DNA of 64,000 bases from an uncultured Nitrososphaerota archaeon (lineage in GTDB: Archaea; Asgardarchaeota; Njordarchaeia; Njordarchaeales; Njordarchaeaceae). The stretch lies in the NCBI GenBank assembly GCA_964518475.1, contig CAZFGR010000001.1, positions 288,001-352,000 on the forward strand, read 5' to 3'. Below are positions 57,920-64,000 of the stretch, piece by piece. Within the stretch, counting starts at the first letter, position 1, and the number at the start of each line of letters is the position of its first letter. A program made the translations under genes and the position numbers. The notes under the pieces are model-generated. The model was not told the DNA's origin. It saw only the letters and a program-made list of their open reading frames with translations, and made no database searches.

Positions 57920-58618
57920 ATGAAAGCTCTAATTCTTGCGGGTGGATTTGGTAAGCGACTAAGACCGTATACAGAAAACATCCCCAAGCCATTAGTTCGT
58001 GTTAAAGGAAAACCTATTCTTGTTCATCAGATTGAATGGCTAAAAAAATTTGGCATAAGAGATATCGTTTTAGCAGTAGGTTATTTAAAAGAAAAGGTAA
58101 TTGAGGAAATTGGTAGCGGAAAAAACTTTGGTGTAAGAGTAGCTTATGTAGTAGAGGAAGAACCACTTGGTACAGCAGGAGCGATAAAAAACGCCGAAAA
58201 TGTATTGCATAATGAGAAATTCTTTTTCGTATTGAACGGAGACATTATCACTGATATCGATCTCAATGTAATCATAGACAAAATCCTGAATAGCGGACAC
58301 AATGTTCTTGGGGTACTTGCTTTAGTTCCTCTTCCAAGCCCCTACGGAATTATCGAAATTGATGATGAAGGAAGAATATTGCAATTTAGAGAAAAACCAG
58401 TACTAAGGAATTATTGGATCAACGCTGGTGTCTATTGCTTTAGGCCAGAGATATTTGAGTATTTACCAGAGAAGGGAGATATCGAAAGAACAGCGTTTCC
58501 AAAGTTGGCAGAAGAAGGTAAACTATTAGCCGTACCTTTTGAGAATGTCTTCTGGAAAGCCATTGATACGCATAAAGATATAGAAGAGGCAGAAAAACTT
58601 TTAGAAAGAAAAAGCTGA
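57920..58618 (+). CDS. Sugar-phosphate nucleotidyltransferase (mannose-1-P guanylyltransferase-like)
   Basis: LAGGFGKRLRP, PKPL, EPLGTAGA, NGD, FREKP, INAGVY. Confidence 0.92.
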   Translation: MKALILAGGFGKRLRPYTENIPKPLVRVKGKPILVHQIEWLKKFGIRDIVLAVGYLKEKVIEEIGSGKNFGVRVAYVVEEEPLGTAGAIKNAENVLHNEKFFFVLNGDIITDIDLNVIIDKILNSGHNVLGVLALVPLPSPYGIIEIDDEGRILQFREKPVLRNYWINAGVYCFRPEIFEYLPEKGDIERTAFPKLAEEGKLLAVPFENVFWKAIDTHKDIEEAEKLLERKS

Positions 58619-58636
58619 TGACTTAGGACTTTTCAC

Positions 58637-59239
58637 TTATTGTTTTATTCTTTGTTTTCGCACCATCCTTGTTTTTCTTAAATTATCTTCGCGAATTAAT
58701 TGTTGCAGACCATTAAGTAGCTCATGTAACATCTCTATATCCTTAAAATTCTTTACAAGCCCCTTCTTAAGCAATTCTTTACCGCATTCTCTAACTAGCA
58801 TATTTGAGTCCAAAGGTTCATTATTCTTTTTTACTTCATCGAGTAATATCGCATAATAAGCCAAGGCAGCAAGAGTCCTAGTATTGTATTGTGATAGTAT
58901 TTTAGCAAGCTTCCAAAGCTTGATTCTCTTTTCAGAACTAAGCATATGCGAAATAAGTAGTCTTCCTCTCTCTGTCAACACCAATTCTCCATTACTTTTT
59001 TCTGAGAGTTCCCCCAAAGACAACAATGCATTTACAGCATTGTTTACGCTTGCCGCTTCCACCCCATCATTATATATCTCCAGTACTTCTAGTTTTTTTC
59101 CGAGATTACTTTCTCCTAAACAGTATTTCAGAATGATCAACATGGCAGCTAATGCCCTTCTAGTTAATACAGAGCCCGTCCCTAAAGTTGCGTGCACAGA
59201 GACTATAATCTCAGCTATGATATTTGCTTTAGTTTTCAT
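58637..59239 (-). CDS. Winged-helix protein, possibly YwgA/SocA-like
   Basis: VNALLSLGELSE...LVLTERG. Confidence 0.55.
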   Translation of the reverse strand: MKTKANIIAEIIVSVHATLGTGSVLTRRALAAMLIILKYCLGESNLGKKLEVLEIYNDGVEAASVNNAVNALLSLGELSEKSNGELVLTERGRLLISHMLSSEKRIKLWKLAKILSQYNTRTLAALAYYAILLDEVKKNNEPLDSNMLVRECGKELLKKGLVKNFKDIEMLHELLNGLQQLIREDNLRKTRMVRKQRIKQ

Positions 59240-59536
59240 TTAAAAGCCCCATCTATTATTTTCCAGAAATCGATAAGTTATTTGTTTAAAAAAGAATGTG
59301 ATAGAGAGCTACAGATCAGCGTATTATCCTACTTGAAATTGATCACTGACTTTAGCATTAATCATCTTTATTTATTCATTTAGAAGCTCGCGATCAAATT
59401 TATAAGTGATTATGACCTTGACCTAAAGAAACAAGAATCTAGGTTTAAGTAGCATTGATAGAATATGAAGAAGTTTATAACATCCGTTTGCTCAGAATAA
59501 GCACAAAACACAGAAGCAAGTATAAAAACTAGAAAT

Positions 59537-59640
59537 GCCGGGGTCGCCTAGTCCGGACCAGGGCGCCGGTTAAAGATAGGCGAAACTTGAGATCCGGTGG
59601 CGATTACGCCTCGCGGGTTCAAATCCCGCCCCCGGCACCA
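59537..59640 (+). tRNA. tRNA-Ser(TGA) with 15-nt intron at position 30/31 (59570-59584), encoded CCA
   Basis: GCCGGGG/CCCCGGC acceptor, long variable arm GGCG/CGCC, T-loop TTCAAAT; BHB with CGCC/GGCG helix; spliced arm CCGGA-CTTGAGA-TCCGG. Confidence 0.9.
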
Positions 59641-59658
59641 TTACTTATTAACCCTTCG

Positions 59659-59709
59659 ATGATGCGTACGGCCCCATCTGAGTTTCATGATGTAAGCTGG
59701 CATTACTGA
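59659..59709 (+). ncRNA. Box C/D sRNA G, directly downstream of tRNA-Ser
   Basis: ATGATGC-GTACGGCCCCAT-CTGA-GTTTC-ATGATGT-AAGCTGGCATTA-CTGA; two 12-nt guides. Confidence 0.8.
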
Positions 59710-59713
59710 GCTT

Positions 59714-60283
59714 CTACGTGTACTCAACAGAGACTGTTTCCTTTCTTTTTTCACTTATGATCTCCTCTTTTTCAACTATGAGCTTATTATCCACATCAAT
59801 CATTGAACTCAGAATTAGTAAAAACCAAGCCTTATCTCTAAGAGAAAATACATGTAAGCGATGCGAGAGAACTAGATAATAAATCTCAACTCCTTGTCTC
59901 CTATCTTTCTGTTCCTCTCCTTTGTAAGGCCTATGAAGAACCTCCACATCTACTCCCAGAACCCCAGTAATATTGCCTACTATCTTAGGAATAGACTCCT
60001 GAGAATCTATTGGAATTCGTCGCGATATGTTTATTACCAACGCCCTTTCCTTGTCATTGGGATGGGGTTGAATAGTTATAAGAATTGGTGGAAAATGGAG
60101 ATATCGCGGGGGTAAAATAATGAAACGACTTGTTTCTTGTCTAATAACGTAACGTTTATAATTCTCCTTAAAGATGTCTCTGAGAATTTTTTCCAACTCA
60201 TCACCAACTTCTGTTATATATGGAAACTCCTCAAGACTAACACTCCTAAATTTATCATCTTTCTGGGGCTGCTTCGACCTCAT
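59714..60283 (-). CDS. Hypothetical protein
   Basis: 189-aa ORF, alpha/beta pattern. Confidence 0.65.
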   Translation of the reverse strand: MRSKQPQKDDKFRSVSLEEFPYITEVGDELEKILRDIFKENYKRYVIRQETSRFIILPPRYLHFPPILITIQPHPNDKERALVINISRRIPIDSQESIPKIVGNITGVLGVDVEVLHRPYKGEEQKDRRQGVEIYYLVLSHRLHVFSLRDKAWFLLILSSMIDVDNKLIVEKEEIISEKRKETVSVEYT

Positions 60284-60385
60284 CTAGCATGCCTCAATAA
60301 ACCAATCTTGCTCCAAAATATGTATATAGTGTTAAAATTTCTTGTATAGGAAAAAACTGTTAAGAACTTATGTAAGGTGATTCTT

Positions 60386-61060
60386 ATGTCCCATGAAAAA
60401 AGAGGCCATCCATTAACTGAGGCAGAAACTAAAGCACTTCTCGAAAAATACGGAATCCCCTTCCCTAAAAGAGCTATAGCTAAGAGTAAGGAAGAGGCAG
60501 TTGAGAAAGCTAAGGAAATAGGTTTCCCAATTGTAATGAAAATCTTAAGCCCAGACATTATCCATAAAACAGATGTTGGGGGAGTTATATTAGACATAAA
60601 GAATGAAAATGAGGTCGCAACAGCATGGGACAACATGATGAACAATGTTAAGAAAAAAGCTCCATCAGCGAGAATCGAAGGTGTGTTATTAGAGGAAATG
60701 ATTAAAGGCGGTTACGAAGTAATTATTGGAGGCCTGCGTGATCCCGTATTCGGTCCTGTTGTAATGTTTGGTGGCTTGGGGGGAATTTATGTCGAACTTT
60801 TTGAAGATGTATCATTTAGACTTGCTCCAATAGACGAGAGAGAAGCTGAAGAAATGATGAAAGAAACTAAAGGTTATCAAATCCTAGCTGGTTATAGAGG
60901 AATGGAAAAAGGAGATTTAGAGGGACTCAAAAAACTTTTAGTAAAGGTTTCGCAAATAATGGCAGAACATTCAGAGATACTTGAGCTTGACTTGAACCCA
61001 GTGCGCGTCTTTCCAAATCGAGTCGTGGTTCTAGACGCTAAATGTATCGTCAGTCGGTGA
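60386..61060 (+). CDS. acdB: ADP-forming acetate/acyl-CoA ligase beta subunit (ATP-grasp)
   Basis: IGFPIVMKILSPDIIHKTDVGGV, DPVFGP, ELDLNP; GGTGA SD 5 nt before ATG 60386. Confidence 0.92.
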   Translation: MSHEKRGHPLTEAETKALLEKYGIPFPKRAIAKSKEEAVEKAKEIGFPIVMKILSPDIIHKTDVGGVILDIKNENEVATAWDNMMNNVKKKAPSARIEGVLLEEMIKGGYEVIIGGLRDPVFGPVVMFGGLGGIYVELFEDVSFRLAPIDEREAEEMMKETKGYQILAGYRGMEKGDLEGLKKLLVKVSQIMAEHSEILELDLNPVRVFPNRVVVLDAKCIVSR

Positions 61061-61293
61061 AGATATTGAAAAATGCTTACTTATTTCCATTCTTTTTAAT
61101 ATTATTCGCATGGTTATTCTTAGTCTTGATTATTCCAATTATAGCTAAATTCTCTCTTACAATTATAATGCCTCATAGACTCCTAACAAATATTGCTAGA
61201 GTTCTAATCCCATTAATCACGTTCTTACTTTTCCTATACCTATGGTATAAGTTGGCTGAAATATATATAAACAGACTCTCAACACCTCAGTAA
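61042..61293 (+). CDS. Small two-TM membrane protein
   Basis: Two hydrophobic segments; overlaps the acdB stop. Confidence 0.6.
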   Translation: MYRQSVKILKNAYLFPFFLILFAWLFLVLIIPIIAKFSLTIIMPHRLLTNIARVLIPLITFLLFLYLWYKLAEIYINRLSTPQ

Positions 61294-61402
61294 AAGAGGA
61301 AATTTTTACCTTATAGGTAAACTAGTCTGTAATAGTGTAATTATTTTTAAGAAGAAATCTAACTCATAGCAAAATCGATTATCATTCATGAACTTTGTTG
61401 CA

Positions 61403-61451
61403 ATGATGAAAAACCCCTTCTCTGATCATTGATGAGGGTTCCGAGTACTGA
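61403..61451 (+). ncRNA. Box C/D sRNA H (targets not identified)
   Basis: ATGATGA-AAAACCCCTTCT-CTGA-TCA-TTGATGA-GGGTTCCGAGTA-CTGA; two 12-nt guides. Confidence 0.88.
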
Positions 61452-61524
61452 GCTTTTAATTAACCATATTCTATAAATCTCAAATTAATTAGGGTTAAGA
61501 AATTGGGTCTTTTGGAGGAGATAG

Positions 61525-62700
61525 ATGAAAACCGATCTGTTCCTGATATATTTTGAGACCTCTATTATTCGGGCGTGGCCTCTAGATCAGAAAGGACTCC
61601 CCTTTTTAAGTCTTCTTGGAAAACCTCTGATAGTACATGTTCTTAATAATTATAGAGAAGCGCTAAACATAGGTGACATTTACTTACTCCATAATAAGCG
61701 ATTAGATAGCAAAATAACTGAGGTTCTCTCACAGCATAGGATAAATACTCAACAAATAAGCCTTAAAGAACTTAAAAGCGAAAGAGATATCCTAGCTAAT
61801 CTATTAGAAGTAATCGCACCAGAATCCACATCCGATACTATAACCATTGCATGGGCACATGATATAGTTGGTAGCTGGTTAGTAAAGGATTTCGCAGAGA
61901 TAAATAAGGGGCACAGTTTTTTCCTATGTTCTAATAGAGGCAATCTAGGTCCCTTAGGTGGTATATGGGTACTAGATAGATCCACGATAGTAAATCTTCA
62001 AAAAAAGATTACAACAGTAGAAAAGGATCCTTGGAAGTCTATAGTTCCATCGATTAAAGTTAATGGATATTCGATTCCCGTTTATCCATGGGAGTTTTTT
62101 CTAATATTTCATAAATTCTTGGAAAAAACAGTAAGCAACAAATATATTCATCCAGCGGCGAAAGTAAGCAAGTGGGCTTCAATAGAAGGCCCCGTATATA
62201 TTGATGAAGAAGCAACAGTGCTTTCTTTCGCAAGTATTAAAGGACCAGCATATATTGGAAAAAATGTAGTAATCGGCGACCATACTCTGATAAGAAATAG
62301 TATTATTGAAGAAAACTGCGTAATAGGATGTCACATGGAAGTAGCTAGAAGCATTATACAACCAAAAACAGAAACTCATTCCGGCTTTCTAGGTGATTCC
62401 ATTCTAGACGAAAAAACTCATTTAGGAGCAGGTTTTATCTCAGCAAATTTACGGCTAGACAGAAAAAATGTGCGCGTAAAAATAGGTAACAGAAAAATAG
62501 ATTCTGGCCTGAAAAAACTAGGGGTGATAACGGGTTTTCAAGCAAATTTCGGTGTTTCTGTGTCAACTATGCCTGGTATCCTCGTAGGAAAACGTGCAAT
62601 AATAGGTCCTGGAACCATTCTTTTTGAAAATGTACCTGATGACACTATAGTATACAGCAAATGCGCTACCATTATCAGAAAGAAGGAATCTAAGGTTTAA
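61525..62700 (+). CDS. GlmU-like protein: degenerate nucleotidyltransferase domain plus left-handed beta-helix
   Basis: LLGKPLI, YPW, IEGPVYID, IKGPAYIG, HSGFLGDS, ANLRLD, KKLG; GxGxR loop absent. Confidence 0.8.
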   Translation: MKTDLFLIYFETSIIRAWPLDQKGLPFLSLLGKPLIVHVLNNYREALNIGDIYLLHNKRLDSKITEVLSQHRINTQQISLKELKSERDILANLLEVIAPESTSDTITIAWAHDIVGSWLVKDFAEINKGHSFFLCSNRGNLGPLGGIWVLDRSTIVNLQKKITTVEKDPWKSIVPSIKVNGYSIPVYPWEFFLIFHKFLEKTVSNKYIHPAAKVSKWASIEGPVYIDEEATVLSFASIKGPAYIGKNVVIGDHTLIRNSIIEENCVIGCHMEVARSIIQPKTETHSGFLGDSILDEKTHLGAGFISANLRLDRKNVRVKIGNRKIDSGLKKLGVITGFQANFGVSVSTMPGILVGKRAIIGPGTILFENVPDDTIVYSKCATIIRKKESKV

Positions 62701-62760
62701 ATTTTGCAGAGAGAAATACTCCTCTAGTTTCCTTCTTCCAGTAATAACGATGCATGATTT

Positions 62761-62976
62761 TTAAAGTTTAAGAATAAGCTCGGCTGCCTTTTTCACATCC
62801 TCTTTCATAATTGTTCTCCTTTTAGCATGTTGTGCCAATTCAACAGCTACCTTTGCGATTTTTACAACTATATCTTCAACAATTTCTCTCATAGTTTCTA
62901 CGGCCTCTTTACTTACTCTCTCAGCTCCTGCTTTATATATTAGCCTTCGAATACCCGCTAAAGACAAGTCCGCCAT
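62761..62976 (-). CDS. Archaeal histone (HMf-like)
   Basis: IRRL..KAGAERVS, HAKRRTIMKEDV. Confidence 0.95.
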   Translation of the reverse strand: MADLSLAGIRRLIYKAGAERVSKEAVETMREIVEDIVVKIAKVAVELAQHAKRRTIMKEDVKKAAELILKL

Positions 62977-63014
62977 GATGTTTCCCTCTCCAAATTATCT
63001 TGCTTTATATCATT

Positions 63015-63494
63015 TCATTTAGAAACGCATATTTTTGTATTTCTATGCTTCGCAAAAGAAATAGCTTCATGAATAATTCTGCTTAAGAAAGACTTTGTTA
63101 ATTTCTTCTCATTGGTTATCTTTTTAGCAATCGCTTCTAAAATCTTGAATAAGGCATCTATATCAGCATTAGCGGTAGCCTCTAATACAACATAGTTTAT
63201 ACCGATTCGTCCATCGATTTTTGATTTAAACTCCTTTAGTAGCACCCTAGTGTTATCTCTCAGAATTATCTCTTTAGCATATTTTCCAGCAATAGCTAAT
63301 TCGACAGTAAACGCACTATTGCTTAATAGTTCAGTCACTAATCTGCTTCTACGATTGTAATAATATTTAATAATCGGTCCAATGGCATCATCAAATTCTA
63401 TAATAACTATTCCTCGTCCTCCTAAAGCTTTAAGAGATCTTCTCACAGAATCACTAAGTCTAAGTCGTTCTGGCTTCATTATCTTTTCTAACAT
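63015..63494 (-). CDS. uDENN/NPRL2-type longin-like protein
   Basis: GIVIIEFDDAIGPIIKY (FDxxxGP hairpin motif). Confidence 0.55.
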   Translation of the reverse strand: MLEKIMKPERLRLSDSVRRSLKALGGRGIVIIEFDDAIGPIIKYYYNRRSRLVTELLSNSAFTVELAIAGKYAKEIILRDNTRVLLKEFKSKIDGRIGINYVVLEATANADIDALFKILEAIAKKITNEKKLTKSFLSRIIHEAISFAKHRNTKICVSK

Positions 63495-63680
63495 TCTAGT
63501 TTACCCCACTCAAAATAAGGGAAAAATCACTTTTCTACCCCCTAAGATCTATCAATTTACTAAAAATATCAGATATTATCATGAAAATACTTCTACGTAA
63601 CTTCAACAACATTTTTCTACAGTTTTCCGATGCATCATTAATTTCCAGAGAAAATCAAAAAAGAAGAAGTTGGAAGGTAT

Positions 63681-63795
63681 TGGCGCCGGGGGGCGGACTC
63701 GAACCGCCGACCTCCCGGTTTCTGCCAATTTGTAGCTTACTTATTTAGTTGTGCATGATAACAGCCGGACGCTCTACCAGCTGAGCTACCCCGGC
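63681..63795 (-). tRNA. tRNA-Asn(GTT) with 39-nt canonical 37/38 intron (63720-63758), encoded CCA
   Basis: GCCGGGG TA GCTC..GAGC, TCCGG-CTGTTA/A-CCGGG, TTCGAGT T-loop; BHB CTGT/GCAG. Confidence 0.93.
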
Positions 63796-63837
63796 AACCT
63801 TTTTCTATTACATAATACCCTCTACTAATTGGCAGAG

Positions 63838-63858
63838 GTTATAAATTTAACTTTCTTT
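63838..63858 (-). promoter_or_regulatory. Candidate BRE/TATA promoter of tRNA-Asn
   Basis: Minus strand AAAGAAAG-TTAAATTTATAA about 45 nt upstream of the tRNA. Confidence 0.45.
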
Positions 63859-64000
63859 TACTCGATCTTCTCGCTTTATTTCTATTTCCTAGGTACGGAT
63901 TTTTCCTATATTTAGTTTTATTTTAATCAACGGGAGAATAAGTATGTGAGAGTTTGTGAGGTTCTATTTCTTGGCGACGAACTTTGATGATCTTGTAGCT

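Noticed and set aside
59565-59600. tRNA-Leu(TAA) or an AAA anticodon with a canonical 37/38 intron
   Set aside because: Gives a poor anticodon arm and no BHB; the 30/31 intron gives a perfect arm and BHB with TGA
2355-63600. Many short antisense or overlapping ORFs in the track (e.g. 3810-4223, 23901-24356, 24444-24938, 27297-27803, 55289-55777, 60280-60645)
   Set aside because: Ser/Phe/Leu-rich shadows of well-supported genes on the opposite strand, with no motifs
63923-64000. 3' end of a gene on the minus strand (SYKIIKVRRQ..., faintly RpoP-like)
   Set aside because: Too short, and the frame is ambiguous at the window edge

Overview
Archaeal chromosomal window, AT-rich and gene-dense, with GGTGA/GGAGGTGA Shine-Dalgarno motifs and frequent TTG starts. 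It carries housekeeping genes (metG, valS, hisS, rfcS/rfcL, topA, pgk/gap, nfo, rdgB, eL18/uL13/uS10, spt4, histone, aTrm56, Dim2/Pno1). Several proteins resemble eukaryotic signature proteins: roadblock, longin, uDENN/NPRL2-like longin, OSTC/DC2-like, TRAP-alpha-like, HEAT solenoid and a PPP phosphatase. Together these suggest an Asgard-type, probably thermophilic, archaeon (inference). No mobile element, prophage or CRISPR array was seen. The most interesting signals are absent from the ORF track. (1) Eight box C/D guide sRNAs with mostly 12-nt guides. Four converge on 16S helix 34, three of them on both strands. One pairs with both the anti-Shine-Dalgarno tail and the central-pseudoknot strand of 16S. 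One targets the 23S A-loop U2552 equivalent, and one lies just behind a tRNA. Several use co-varying non-canonical boxes (AUGAAGA/CGGA, AUGAGCG/GCGA). (2) An unannotated 53-aa OST4-like membrane micro-protein near a TRAP-alpha-like gene, plus a DC2/OSTC-like gene, hinting at a eukaryote-like translocon-OST accessory set. (3) A 31-aa ultra-basic micro-ORF behind an SD-sequestering hairpin. (4) A metG whose HIGH motif lies upstream of any canonical start codon. (5) Two intron-containing tRNAs, one with a 30/31 intron and an A73 discriminator on tRNA-Ser. All protein and rRNA-target assignments come from motif recognition and remembered consensus sequences; no database search was run.
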